Shown: piece after piece, positions 1-9,567 of the stretch
Layout of the letters: each line of letters begins with the position of its first letter
Position numbering within the stretch: position 1 is the first letter of the stretch
IMG/VR virus record: IMGVR_UViG_3300029739_000183
Source: a virus
Lineage: Duplodnaviria > Heunggongvirae > Uroviricota > Caudoviricetes
Length of the DNA stretch: 64,000 nt
Direction: 5' to 3' (one strand)
The notes under the pieces: model-generated
Seen by the model: the letters and a program-made list of their open reading frames with translations, nothing else
What the model was told of the DNA's origin: nothing
Databases searched by the model: none
Program-made: the position numbers and the translations under genes

Positions 1-549
1 TGCCCAGAGTGTGGTAGCAAACTTTATCTTGGTTATATAAAGGGTGAAAAATGTCCTTTGTGTAACACAGATCTTCGCCCAAAGAGTACCATTGAAAAAA
101 TCAAATGGTATGATAAAAAAACGAAAGAATGTAGAAATAAAAATAAAGAGAAATGCTGGTTAGCAAAGATTGAATGGCATAGTTAAAAGCATAGTTTTTG
201 TTTATAAAAAAGAGGTCTCTTACTGAGACTTCTTTTTTTATTAGAAAAATTAGATTTTTTCCATATGTTCATATTTACAATATCAAATTTTTTCAAAATA
301 GGGAGGAAGAAAAATGAATATGGAAAAGATTGTAGGAAATATTGCATGTGTTGCATCCGGGGTATTTGTATTATGGGTATTTTTAAGTTGGTTGTCTCTA
401 ATAACAATAAATGTTTACCCTCAGTATAACTTTTTTACAATGTTATGCTTGCTATATCAGTCTTATCTTTAAGAAAGAGCCCTTATATGGGCTTTTTTTT
501 ATATATTTTTATAAAAAAGCATATTAAAAAAAAAGAAAGTGGTGGTTTT

Positions 550-1227
550 ATGAAATACGAAATTCGGGGGGAAAACCTTCCGGTTGTTATCTGTTATCTG
601 GAAGAAAGAGAGAAAATGATAACAGAACAGGGTGCCATGGCATGGATGACACCAAATATGAAAATGGAGACAAATACGAACGGAATTGGAAAGGCGTTTG
701 CAAGAACATTTTCTGGGGAGTCTTTTTTTCAAAATATTTACTATCCAAACAGAGGAGACGGTATGATCGCATTTACTTCCTCATTTCCAGGTACAATCCT
801 TGCTTTTGAGATAGAAGAAGGAGTGGAGATTATCGCACAGAAAAAAGCATTTCTTTCTGCAACAGAAGGAGTACGGCTGTCAACTGTTTTTAACAAAAGA
901 CTGGGAACCGGACTGTTTGGTGGAGAAGGCTTTATCATGCAGAGACTAAGCGGAAATGGAACTGCTTTTGTAGAGATAGATGGAAGTGTGGTTGAATATG
1001 ACCTTGGTATTGGAGATTCTATGATTATTGACACAGGGTATCTTGCAGCAATGTCAGGATCGTGTCAGTTAAAAGTAGAGACTGTACCGGGGGTGAAAAA
1101 TAAATTTTTTGGAGGAGAAGGTTTTTTCAATACAGTGGTGACGGGTCCAGGACATATATGGATCCAGACGATGCCGGCGGTGAAAATGGCAGGAGCTTTG
1201 CGCCCATATATAACAACAGGTAATTAA
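550..1227 (+). CDS. AIM24/TIGR00266 (DUF124) family protein
   Basis: ORF 445..1227 trimmed to ATG at 550, which has an upstream purine-rich RBS. Gly-rich repeats (GTGLFGGEGF, FFGGEGFF) are typical of the AIM24 family. Confidence 0.65.
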   Translation: MKYEIRGENLPVVICYLEEREKMITEQGAMAWMTPNMKMETNTNGIGKAFARTFSGESFFQNIYYPNRGDGMIAFTSSFPGTILAFEIEEGVEIIAQKKAFLSATEGVRLSTVFNKRLGTGLFGGEGFIMQRLSGNGTAFVEIDGSVVEYDLGIGDSMIIDTGYLAAMSGSCQLKVETVPGVKNKFFGGEGFFNTVVTGPGHIWIQTMPAVKMAGALRPYITTGN

Positions 1228-1230
1228 CCG

Positions 1231-1276
1231 AAAAAGAATCGGATTCAATCGTGAAACAGAATCCGATTCTTTTTTA
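1231..1276 (+). terminator. Rho-independent terminator after AIM24 gene, built from two copies of the GAATCGGATTC palindrome
   Basis: AAAAAGAATCGGATTC - 12 nt loop - GAATCCGATTCTTTTTT: a 16-bp perfect stem followed by a T-run. Confidence 0.6.
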
Positions 1277-1355
1277 TAGATGTGAAAAAAAATATAAAGA
1301 TAAAAAAACATATTAAGAAAGTAAAAATTTATTCAATCATAGGAGGAAAAACACC

Positions 1356-2078
1356 ATGACAAAAGAAACATTACAGGAAAGAATGACAACACTCTCACGT
1401 TACTTTGCAAGGGATAAATGGAAAGCAGAATCTGGTTTTTTCCAGTATCCAAGGGGAAAAAAGAGAACAGAAGCTGTTGCAGAAGCATTAGAGATCGCTT
1501 TTGACCCATCAGAGTTTGCAATAAAAAAAGAATTAAATCTCCGAGGAGAAGATGTAGTTGGAAGCGTATTCCTTGTGGCTGTCCCAACGGAAGGAATCTT
1601 TGGTGGATATTCTTATCTCAGTCTGACGATCACAGACCATGTGTTTATCGTGACACAGCTTCCGGAAAAATCGGTTGCAGCTTTTGCCTTATTGGAAAAC
1701 AGCGGGGAAAAGCTTGCAGATTCTGTAGAAACATATGAACCGGAACACGAAGAGGATGTATCTATGGAAACTGATACCAAAGAAAAACTGGAAGAAGAAT
1801 CGGAGAAAGAAACATCTGTGGAACCAGAAACAGTAGTTAAAGAAGCAGAACCAGTAAAGGAACTTTTAAAAAAAGAGATGGAAGAAGCTTTAAGAAAAGA
1901 AGATCCAGTAAAAAAAACGGAAGGGGAAAAACAGACAATAGCTGAAAATGAAACAACGGAAGAAGCGGAGATCATGTTAGATGCTTCAAAAGATGAAAAA
2001 ACCTCAGATATTTCTGACGATGAGTTTGACCTTGATAGGGAAATAAGTGAATTAGAAGAGGAATTACCAATGCTGTAA
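1356..2078 (+). CDS. hypothetical protein with acidic E/K/T-rich C-terminal tail
   Basis: ORF with RBS AGGAGGAAAAACACC before the ATG. The C-terminal half is low-complexity acidic. No family recognised. Confidence 0.5.
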   Translation: MTKETLQERMTTLSRYFARDKWKAESGFFQYPRGKKRTEAVAEALEIAFDPSEFAIKKELNLRGEDVVGSVFLVAVPTEGIFGGYSYLSLTITDHVFIVTQLPEKSVAAFALLENSGEKLADSVETYEPEHEEDVSMETDTKEKLEEESEKETSVEPETVVKEAEPVKELLKKEMEEALRKEDPVKKTEGEKQTIAENETTEEAEIMLDASKDEKTSDISDDEFDLDREISELEEELPML

Positions 2079-2185
2079 TTTGTATCAAAAAAAGAGCCGG
2101 ATTCCCGGTTCTTTTTTTTAGGAGAATTATACATATTAAAAACGAAGAAAAAAAGCCTGCTATTCCTAGCAGGCAGTTGTGAATA

Positions 2186-3181
2186 TTATTTATTTTTAAA
2201 TTTTTTTAAAAGGTATTCGCCTTGCTCTTTTAATTTGCTTTCCAAATTTTGATGCAGGCGGATAGTGTTATCAGCAGTTCTTTTTCTTTCTTGTGATCTC
2301 TTTCCACCAAAGTCACGCAAAAAATCCGGATTTGTTGATAATCTACAGATTGCTGAATTAAAAAGACGCTTTACTTCTTTCAAAGGCATGTTTAAGGTTT
2401 CGGCAACTTTTTCGAAAGGCATATTTTTATTTCCATCCAGGTTTACACGTGTGTAATATACTAGCTTTTCTTTGTCAGATAAGATGCTGTTTATCATCTC
2501 TATTAAAATCTCTTCTCGTTCTTTGTTGAGGTAGGATTCTTCCGGACCAGCAATGCTGCTGCGCTGATTAGTCGCATCATCAATATCTGCATAATGAGAC
2601 TGTTCAACATATTTTAGAGTTGATGTAACAATTTTTACACTCATTCCTGTTTTTGTTGCAAGCATTTCAGGAGTATAAGCAATCCTACGCTGTTCGTAAA
2701 ATTCGATTGCTTTGCTGATCTCCCGGTAATTCTGCATATCATAGGAGTTAAGATGATGCCAGGTGAATAAAATAAATTCTCGTATGGCTGCGCGAAAATA
2801 ACGGACAAAGAATGTAGTAGGAGTACCCTTTGTTGCATCATATTCAGTGATTTTATTACAATATACCTCATATAGATCAATTTCCACATCATAAAAATGA
2901 TGACTGGTAGTTGGATAAGGAGCCATCATCTTATGGGCTGTCTTAAGCCCAAATAAACGGATATTTTGCCATCCCCATTCACGCATTTCATCTAACTGTT
3001 TTTTTCTTTCAGGAGGAAGGTTACCTTGGATATAATCCTCCTGATATAAGCATAAAGCTCTTGCTACGAAAGCGTATCTGTTCAAAAAATCTTTTCCGTC
3101 ACCATAATACGGTTCTCTTTGTACTTCTTTGTCTTTTTCAGATGCTGGCTCATTTTTGTAAAGACGTCTTTCTTCTTTCAT
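2186..3181 (-). CDS. sigma-70 family RNA polymerase sigma factor (divergent, long N-terminal region)
   Basis: The C-terminal region-4 HTH (MPFEKVAETLNMPLKEVKRLFNSAICRL) and a region-2-like FFVRYFRAAIREFI segment are present. The start was moved to the ATG at 3181 (MKEERR), which has an AAAAGGAGAT RBS at 7-nt spacing. The ORF-track start at 3253 is TTG with a poor RBS. Confidence 0.6.
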   Translation of the reverse strand: MKEERRLYKNEPASEKDKEVQREPYYGDGKDFLNRYAFVARALCLYQEDYIQGNLPPERKKQLDEMREWGWQNIRLFGLKTAHKMMAPYPTTSHHFYDVEIDLYEVYCNKITEYDATKGTPTTFFVRYFRAAIREFILFTWHHLNSYDMQNYREISKAIEFYEQRRIAYTPEMLATKTGMSVKIVTSTLKYVEQSHYADIDDATNQRSSIAGPEESYLNKEREEILIEMINSILSDKEKLVYYTRVNLDGNKNMPFEKVAETLNMPLKEVKRLFNSAICRLSTNPDFLRDFGGKRSQERKRTADNTIRLHQNLESKLKEQGEYLLKKFKNK

Positions 3182-3589
3182 TTTTAGTATCTCCTTTTCT
3201 TTTTTTTGATCTGCATACGATGCGTTTGCAATTTTTAAGATAGCATAAAACAAATTTCTTCCTTTTTTATAAGAAAACTCTCAAAAAAGGCATAAGAATG
3301 TGTATATAAATATGTATAAAAAGTTTTCTTTTTTTTGTTTTAAAGGATTTTTTAAATACTAAATTGATAGAAAAGTTTCGATCAGTTAATTTTTTCTTAC
3401 AAAAAATTACTTTCTTTTAAAAATGTTATAACTTAGATACCAACTGGAGGGTTAAAACAAGAAAGAAGCGAAGTTTTATAAAAACAGAACTGAGATGTCT
3501 GCAGACTAAAACAAATACATATTATATCAATCCTTCTACTTAGCCTAACGACTGGATTTTGATGAAAAATTAAAAAAGGAGATAGATTA

Positions 3590-4693
3590 ATGGCAATTAT
3601 TTACTTAAATGATAAAAATAAAGTGGAAACTGTATCTTATAAAAATATAATTATGGATATGAGGACAAAAATGGATGAGTCTTTTAAAATAGAAGAACAA
3701 GCCTATCGGATGGCCGCAGAATATGCAGAAGAATTGATTGAAGAATATAGCATAGAAACCGGTCCATTTTATTTAACCCCTTCTTCGTTTTATGAAAATA
3801 TTGAAGATGCGGAAGGCATCCGAAAATATGTATTTCTTAGTGAAGATGGGGCGTATACGCTTGCTATAGGGCTTGATGTCTCATCCTGTGATCAAAAAGC
3901 TAGTGTTTTGTATCTTCATAACACGGAACAAGGAATATATTTTTTTAATTTTGACAATGCTGTCTGGGAACTGTTGGATGAAGAAGAGGAAGATGAATAT
4001 GACAGAATAGGGAACACATTAGATAGGTGGGATTTAACACAGCAGACAAAGGAAGAAGTAAGGGAGCTGTTCATCAATATGATGCTTTCTCCTAATACAA
4101 CAATATCAAAAAAGATCACAGAACTTTTAGATGAGGAACTGAGAAAAAAAGTTATTCCTTTAGCCACTATCAGAGATAAAACAAAATCTGTCCTTACAAC
4201 ATTGCGAATGAATGAAGGAAGAGAAGTTCTTTCTTTGATTTCTCCAACTGGAATACAGGATGACACTTATTATGCAGATAATGATGACTGTGATTGTTTT
4301 TCTCAGTATTATACTGGTCCCGTTATAACATATGTTGATGGAATTTATCAACTGTGTCAGTGTCTCTGTACTAGAGCTAAAACAGGATATAAACCAGACT
4401 CTGATAAATGGGAAGAATGTTGGATGGATGATATCGACCTAGAATATCAGGCATATATACGTGTGATTGAAAAGACGGGAGATATAAAAAAAGCGATGAA
4501 AATGGTGAAGTATCATTTTTGTGAAATGCAGGAAAAGACACTGCCTTTATCAGAATCCGCCTATGTATCTTATGATGGACGTAACAGAGACTATCGGATG
4601 CATATAAGAGGACAACGAAAAAAAATGACAGAAATAGAGAAAAAAAAATATCAAGAAACCATATCTTTAATAGATAAGCTTGAACAATATTAA
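3590..4693 (+). CDS. hypothetical protein, Cys-rich central segment
   Basis: ORF with RBS AAAAAAGGAGATAG before the ATG. The segment DDCDCFSQYY..CQCLC suggests metal binding. The IS605-type element is inserted immediately after its stop codon. Confidence 0.5.
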   Translation: MAIIYLNDKNKVETVSYKNIIMDMRTKMDESFKIEEQAYRMAAEYAEELIEEYSIETGPFYLTPSSFYENIEDAEGIRKYVFLSEDGAYTLAIGLDVSSCDQKASVLYLHNTEQGIYFFNFDNAVWELLDEEEEDEYDRIGNTLDRWDLTQQTKEEVRELFINMMLSPNTTISKKITELLDEELRKKVIPLATIRDKTKSVLTTLRMNEGREVLSLISPTGIQDDTYYADNDDCDCFSQYYTGPVITYVDGIYQLCQCLCTRAKTGYKPDSDKWEECWMDDIDLEYQAYIRVIEKTGDIKKAMKMVKYHFCEMQEKTLPLSESAYVSYDGRNRDYRMHIRGQRKKMTEIEKKKYQETISLIDKLEQY

Positions 4694-4784
4694 GGTGCGC
4701 ATTCCCCTTCCTCAACGGAGTAGGTAGGGGTTAGCACTACTATAAGTATCCTTAAAAAGAATTATTGTCAAAGGAGGCAGAGTA

Positions 4785-5909
4785 ATGGCAAACAAAGCTT
4801 TGGTATATGCGATATATCCAAACGAAAAACAGAATATCCAATGCCAAAAGACATTTGGCTGTTGTCGCTTTGTGTATAACCAGATGCTAACCGTACAAAG
4901 GGAACGCCATGAGACTGGAGAGAAGCATTTGTCTAAAACAAATGCGAATACATACTGTAATCAGCATCTTAAAAAAGAGTATCCATTTCTGAAGGAAGTG
5001 GATAAATTCGCCTTAACGAATGCTATTTACCATCTGGCAGATGGATATGACCGATTTTTCAAACACCTTAGTAGATTTCCTAAGTATAAGAGTAAGCACA
5101 AAGCTAAAAAATCTTATACAACGAATATCACAAACGGAAATATTGAGATTGGTGATAGCTCCATTAAACTGCCAAAACTCGGCTGGGTAAAAGCAAAGAT
5201 ACATTGCAGACCGAAGGAAGATTGGAAACTCAAATCTGCAACGATAACACAGAACAGAGATGACAGCTATCAGGTGTCTATCCTATTTGCATATGAGGAA
5301 TCCATTTCCCCTGTAGCCGTTACAGAAGAAAAAACAATCGGACTGGATTACAAATCCGATGGGCTGTATGTCTCAAGTGAAGGAGATACCTGCGGTATGC
5401 CGCACTATTTCCGTCAGTCTGCAGAACGGCTTGCAAAAGCACAGCGGCAGCTAAAACACAAGACCATCGGCAGCAATAATTATAATAAACAACAAAAACG
5501 AGTTGCCCGGATTCACAGACACACCGCAAATCAAAGGAAGGATTTCCTGCAGAAGAAGTCTACCGAGATAGCCAATCAGTATTCTTTTGTCTGCGTGGAA
5601 GACCTTAATATGAAAGCAATGGCAAACCGGGGATTCGGTAATGGAAAAGCCACTTTGGATAACGGATATGGAATGTTCTTAAACATGCTTGATTATAAGT
5701 TAAGAGACAGAGGCGGACAGCTGGTAAAAGTCGGGCGATTCTTTCCATCGAGTCAGTTGTGTAGCCATTGCGGTTTTAAGAACACGCTGGTAAAAAATCT
5801 GTCTATCAGACATTGGGTCTGTCCAAACTGTGGAACAACTGGTATCGACAGGGATGTGAATGCTGCACGAAATATAAAAAAAGAAGGTCTTAGACTGCTC
5901 ACAGCCTAA
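4785..5909 (+). CDS. tnpB: TnpB (IS605 OrfB family RNA-guided endonuclease)
   Basis: The N-terminal OrfB_IS605 domain and the C-terminal RuvC-like and zinc-finger domains (CSHCGFKN..CPNCG) are present, with RBS AAAGGAGG upstream. An IS200-like left-end hairpin lies directly upstream. Confidence 0.85.
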   Translation: MANKALVYAIYPNEKQNIQCQKTFGCCRFVYNQMLTVQRERHETGEKHLSKTNANTYCNQHLKKEYPFLKEVDKFALTNAIYHLADGYDRFFKHLSRFPKYKSKHKAKKSYTTNITNGNIEIGDSSIKLPKLGWVKAKIHCRPKEDWKLKSATITQNRDDSYQVSILFAYEESISPVAVTEEKTIGLDYKSDGLYVSSEGDTCGMPHYFRQSAERLAKAQRQLKHKTIGSNNYNKQQKRVARIHRHTANQRKDFLQKKSTEIANQYSFVCVEDLNMKAMANRGFGNGKATLDNGYGMFLNMLDYKLRDRGGQLVKVGRFFPSSQLCSHCGFKNTLVKNLSIRHWVCPNCGTTGIDRDVNAARNIKKEGLRLLTA

Positions 5910-6286
5910 GATATAAAATACAGTAGGGGCGGAACGCTCCAAACTCAACGCTTGTGGAGATTTTGGGAAAACTGCCAAATGGGTGTGACAATAACCGGGG
6001 TTGATGAAGCAAGAAGCTCTGACTTCTACACGGAGTGTAAGTCGGAGTAGTTCACAATAGATAAGGGTGAGGTGTGAAACGTCAACTATCCAAGGACTAA
6101 AGGTCCTGGGCTTGTAACTGCCTAGTCGTACTAACGGATTACACCTCCGACCTTTAATCCCAGATAGATATTGCTATCTAAAGTGGCGTTACATCATAGG
6201 GTGGCTGACAGCACCCTTTACAGACAAGTATTGGGTAACAGTTAACAAGGCTCCTCCCACCACCTAAAGGTAGTGGGTTTCCGCCT
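5910..6286 (+). ncRNA. putative TnpB omega RNA / right-end region
   Basis: Non-coding stretch directly 3' of tnpB with several stem-loops (CCAAGGACTAAAGGTCCTGG, GATAGATATTGCTATC, CCCACCACCTAAAGGTAGTGGG). Position and structure are as expected for an omega RNA scaffold, but the exact 3' boundary is not determinable from sequence alone. Confidence 0.3.
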
Positions 6287-6310
6287 ATGACAAACGAAAG
6301 GATGTTATTT

Positions 6311-7405
6311 ATGAAGCGTAAGTGCGATTTTTGTGGAAAAACGAAAGAAGAGAACAATATTGATTTTTTTGTAAGCAGAGGTTCTGTCATCTGTTCCGAG
6401 TGCGTAGAAAAATGTTGGACACTGAAAAACAAAAAAATAAAAACAGTGAATCAGGAAACACAAACAGATAGGATGAGACTGACTCCTAAAAAGATTATGT
6501 CTTACCTTAATGAATACATTGTAGGGCAGGAAGAAGCAAAGAAGACATTATCAGTAGCTGTTTATAATCATTTAAAAACAATGAACAATCCGAATATTAA
6601 AAAATCAAACGTATTAGTACTTGGTCCTACTGGAAGTGGAAAAACTTATCTAGCAGAGACGTTATCGCATATTGTAAATCTGCCATTTGCTATTGCTGAT
6701 GCTACAACACTTACTGAAGCAGGATATGTAGGAGATGATGTACACAGCATTTTGTTAAAATTGATTCATGCAGCAAATAATGATATAAAGCAAGCAGAAA
6801 AAGGAATTGTTTATATTGACGAGATTGATAAGATTGCAAAAAAAGGAGAAGGAAGGGATATATCTGGGGAAGGAGTACAGCAGGCTCTTTTAAAAATGAT
6901 GGAAGGGTGTCTTGTAACGATTCCAGGGGATAAAGAGCGCAAGACAATCATGATCAATACAAATAATATATTATTCATCTGCGGTGGAGCATTCAGCGGG
7001 TTAAAGAAAAAAAATATAAAAAAAGGAATAGGCTTTTCTGCGGAATTGGTTAAAACACAGGAAGAAAAGATTACGGCATCTGATCTTATTGATTATGGAT
7101 TCAGTCCAGAATTTATCGGACGAATGCCAATCATTACGACAGTAAAAGCTGCAGATGTATCCATGCTCCGTCGAATTTTAACAGAACCTAAAAACAGCCT
7201 GACCTGGCAGTACATAGAACTGATGAAGATGGATAATGTTGAATTAAGTTTTTCTGAAAAAACCCTGAATATGATTGCAGCAGAGGCTTACAGGCATGGA
7301 AGTGGAGCTAGAGGATTAAGAAGTGTTATGGAAGAAAAAATGAAGGATATCATGTTTGAGATACCAGAGGAAATACCGAAGAAAAGCTATAAAAAACAGG
7401 TTTGA
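6311..7405 (+). CDS. clpX: ClpX-like AAA+ unfoldase (compact, ~365 aa), with N-terminal zinc-binding domain and IGF loop
   Basis: The N-terminal C4 zinc ribbon (CDFCGK..CSEC), Walker A (GPTGSGKT), Walker B (IVYIDEIDKI), the GIGF ClpP-docking loop and sensor-2 (GARGLR) are all present. The start was chosen at 6311 because GAAAGGA lies 8 nt upstream. The gene is not in a clpP-clpX context. Confidence 0.75.
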   Translation: MKRKCDFCGKTKEENNIDFFVSRGSVICSECVEKCWTLKNKKIKTVNQETQTDRMRLTPKKIMSYLNEYIVGQEEAKKTLSVAVYNHLKTMNNPNIKKSNVLVLGPTGSGKTYLAETLSHIVNLPFAIADATTLTEAGYVGDDVHSILLKLIHAANNDIKQAEKGIVYIDEIDKIAKKGEGRDISGEGVQQALLKMMEGCLVTIPGDKERKTIMINTNNILFICGGAFSGLKKKNIKKGIGFSAELVKTQEEKITASDLIDYGFSPEFIGRMPIITTVKAADVSMLRRILTEPKNSLTWQYIELMKMDNVELSFSEKTLNMIAAEAYRHGSGARGLRSVMEEKMKDIMFEIPEEIPKKSYKKQV

Positions 7406-7460
7406 GAAAATACATATTAAAAGGGAAAATATTTTATCATCAACAAAGGAGAAGTAAAAA

Positions 7461-7853
7461 ATGGATATAAAAACCATTTTAAAAAAGGAAGAGATTACAG
7501 ATTGTGTAAAAATCCCTATTATTGATATGATAAGCAAAGATGCAGAAGAATTCAATAAATATCTTTCTGTAAAATTATGTGGTACAGAAGATTTAACGAT
7601 TCTTAGTTATCATGCATTAAAAGCGGAAGGAAATGAGATTTGCCTTGAGGTAAGCGCAAATACAAAAATATTTCAGCAAAATTATTGGAAACGAAAAATG
7701 GATCCAGAAAAGAGGATTCAAGTACTTGAAGAAACCTTGATAAAAAGATTATCTTTTGAAAAAAACACAGATATTTACAATACATTAATTGAAGTGCTTG
7801 ATATCATAGGTATCACGCACACCGGGTTTTCCTTCCGAAAAAAAGAGGCTTAA
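7461..7853 (+). CDS. hypothetical protein
   Basis: ORF with RBS AAAGGAGAAG before the ATG and a terminator hairpin overlapping the stop codon. Confidence 0.45.
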   Translation: MDIKTILKKEEITDCVKIPIIDMISKDAEEFNKYLSVKLCGTEDLTILSYHALKAEGNEICLEVSANTKIFQQNYWKRKMDPEKRIQVLEETLIKRLSFEKNTDIYNTLIEVLDIIGITHTGFSFRKKEA

Positions 7854-7870
7854 CAGCCTCTTTTTTTTGT
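7838..7870 (+). terminator. Rho-independent terminator
   Basis: AAAAAAGAGGCTTAACAGCCTCTTTTTTTT hairpin followed by a T-run. Confidence 0.5.
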
Positions 7871-7968
7871 TATTTGATGTGGCTGTTCTTGTAGATATTT
7901 AAAAATTTTTTTTTACGATATAAATAAAGAAAATAACATATTAGAAGAAAAGAAAGGAGGGGATCCAT

Positions 7969-8286
7969 ATGGTGAGGGTATCGAAACATGCATCACAGAG
8001 ACTAAAAGAGCGATGCGGACTGAAAAAAAAGTCTGTCCGCAGGATGGCAGATATCGCTTTTATGAAAGGGATGAAAGAGGAAGATACCAGCGGACAGCTT
8101 AACCGATTTATGGTAAAGCTGTATTGCACCAACATGGATGCAAACAATATCAGGATTTATGGAAATTATATCTACATATTTTGCGGTGAAACATTAGTTA
8201 CGGTTCTACATGTTCCGCATAGGCTAAAAAACCATGTCAATGAACAGCAAAAAAGATTAAATAGAAAACAGGAGGAATTAGGATGA
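7969..8286 (+). CDS. hypothetical protein
   Basis: ORF with RBS GAAAGGAGGGG before the ATG. Confidence 0.4.
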   Translation: MVRVSKHASQRLKERCGLKKKSVRRMADIAFMKGMKEEDTSGQLNRFMVKLYCTNMDANNIRIYGNYIYIFCGETLVTVLHVPHRLKNHVNEQQKRLNRKQEELG

Positions 8287-8468
8287 AGTATCCATGTAAA
8301 GATTGTGAAAAAAGAAATGTTTGTACAAAAAAGGATTGCAAGAAAAGAAATGAATATAAGAAAGAGAGAAAAAAGAATATTAAATATAACAAAAAGTGGG
8401 CAAGGGATAGCATAAAAATCAATGCGGTAAAAAAGAATCCAATTCCTAGTGAAAAGTCTGTCGAATGA
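8283..8468 (+). CDS. small basic (Lys/Cys-rich) protein
   Basis: Its ATGA start overlaps the stop of the upstream gene. The protein is highly basic with a CxxC..C..C pattern. Confidence 0.35.
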   Translation: MKYPCKDCEKRNVCTKKDCKKRNEYKKERKKNIKYNKKWARDSIKINAVKKNPIPSEKSVE

Positions 8469-8506
8469 CAACCTAAAGAGCGTTTTTTAGAAAGGAAGAT
8501 ACAATT

Positions 8507-8653
8507 ATGATAAAAATATTATTAATCTTGATCATGGTATTTATTGTTTTCGTAGCTTGGGTACTTTGTTCTTTATCGGGACACAAGGACATACATAAAA
8601 CGGAAGAACAATTGCAATATATCAGTGAATGGAAAAGGAGAAGAAATGGTTAA
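8507..8653 (+). CDS. small membrane peptide (48 aa)
   Basis: AAAGGAAG RBS lies 8 nt before the ATG. There is a hydrophobic N-terminal helix. It is not in the ORF track because it is under 60 aa. Confidence 0.25.
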   Translation: MIKILLILIMVFIVFVAWVLCSLSGHKDIHKTEEQLQYISEWKRRRNG

Positions 8654-9098
8654 GATAATCTTTGGATTAATTGGGATTGTAATCATTTTAGCAGAAATCT
8701 TAAATATTATTTCTACGCAAAGATTATGGACGAAAAAGATTACATTATGGCTTGCTGTATATTGTTTTTCAGCCTATGTTTTATGGGGAGATGTTATTTT
8801 CCTGCTTATATTTATGGGATGCAGTACCATCCTTATAAAATATTATTATACGTTGCAAAAAGTTTCCGGAAGGATAATAGAACTTGAATATACGAAGCTA
8901 GAAGATGACTTGTTTTGTTTTTTTTCATTACAGGAATTTCCTAACATAAAATTTTGGACAATAAAAGAAGTCGCAGACCCACTGCAGTTAAGAGTATATG
9001 ATGAAGTGGCATTTTGGGCTGAAAAAATAGAAAATGGACATTTTAAAATACGAACTTTTACCAAAATTAAACAAATAAATATCATGAAAGCAGTTTAG
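8646..9098 (+). CDS. membrane protein (2-3 TM helices)
   Basis: Start chosen at 8646 (MVKIIFG) with an AAAGGAGAAG RBS. Hydrophobic N-terminal half. Confidence 0.45.
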   Translation: MVKIIFGLIGIVIILAEILNIISTQRLWTKKITLWLAVYCFSAYVLWGDVIFLLIFMGCSTILIKYYYTLQKVSGRIIELEYTKLEDDLFCFFSLQEFPNIKFWTIKEVADPLQLRVYDEVAFWAEKIENGHFKIRTFTKIKQINIMKAV

Positions 9099-9126
9099 AG
9101 GGTTTTTAAAACCCTCTTCGTTTTTA
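9097..9126 (+). terminator. Rho-independent terminator
   Basis: AGAGGGTTTTTAAAACCCTCTTCGTTTTT hairpin followed by a T-run. Confidence 0.5.
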
Positions 9127-9223
9127 TGTAAACAAAAATACATATTATGTAAGAAATTCGTGTTTTTATTATGAAAAAGGAAAATAGATAAGATATCTGT
9201 ACAATTAATAAGGAAGGAATAGT

Positions 9224-9388
9224 ATGACGATAAAGAAAAGAGAATTAGAAAAATTTTTACGGTTGCACCGATACAATGCAGTTTATATTCGCCATATATC
9301 TGATATATTGCGAAAAAAACATATCTATGAGGATCATGCCTTACGGATACAGGAAACGGGGAAATATTATAAAATCAAATGGCTTTAA
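9224..9388 (+). CDS. small hypothetical protein (54 aa)
   Basis: AAGGAAGG RBS lies 5 nt before the ATG. It ends exactly at the MITE boundary. Confidence 0.3.
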   Translation: MTIKKRELEKFLRLHRYNAVYIRHISDILRKKHIYEDHALRIQETGKYYKIKWL

Positions 9389-9567
9389 CAAGAAAAACAA
9401 GGATTCCCCTTCCTCAACATCAGTAGGTAGGGGAGGAATTATCTAAAATTCACTAAGCGGCAGTAGTGAGCGGAGATATCGGTATCTCCTACTGCCAAGA
9501 GGTAAGCACCGCTGGGAGGAAACACCGGCATTCAGCCTCCGTTAATACCGGCTGGGGATTAAAACAA
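9388..9567 (+). mobile_element. IS200/IS605-derived MITE (TnpB-less, carries left-end-like and right-end-like hairpins)
   Basis: The left part (GGATTCCCCTTCCTCAACATCAGTAGGTAGGGGA) matches the left end of the tnpB element at 4694. There is an internal long imperfect hairpin (GGCAGTAGTGAGCGGAGATATCGGTATCTCCTACTGCC). The right part (CATTCAGCCTCCGTTAATACCGGCTGGGGATTAAAACAA) recurs at 10297, 20146 and, reverse-complemented, at 63924. Confidence 0.5.

Larger units (their letters stand above)
4694..6286 (+). mobile_element. IS200/IS605-family (IS1341-like) element carrying tnpB only, no tnpA
   Basis: A left-end subterminal hairpin (CATTCCCCTTCCTCAACGGAGTAGGTAGGGG, 4706-4736) is followed by tnpB and then ~375 nt of structured non-coding tail before the next gene. 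The left end resembles the MITE at 9388. Confidence 0.6.

Noticed and set aside
1613-2134. 173-aa Ser-rich minus-strand ORF
   Set aside because: It is antisense to the acidic low-complexity tail of the 1356..2078 gene; a mirror-image artefact of the E/K-rich codons.
4694-4745. Possible group II intron 5' end (sequence begins GGTGCG)
   Set aside because: No reverse-transcriptase/maturase ORF and no domain V/VI motifs. The hairpin matches IS200/IS605 left-end architecture and is followed by tnpB.
5910-6286. Structured intergenic RNA considered as RNase P RNA or tmRNA
   Set aside because: There is only a superficial GGGTGAGGTGTGAAAC resemblance to the P4/P10 region. It lacks GGAAAGTCCGGGC and the tmRNA tag/CCA-end features.
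6287-6310. Upstream in-frame ATG for clpX-like (track start 6287)
   Set aside because: No RBS before 6287, whereas GAAAGGA lies 8 nt before the ATG at 6311.
9530-9567. GTTTTAATCCCCAGCCGGTATTAACGG-like sequence considered as a CRISPR repeat
   Set aside because: Copies are dispersed (9.5, 10.3, 20.2, 63.9 kb), are not spaced by unique spacers, and always lie at the right end of the MITE. It is not an array.
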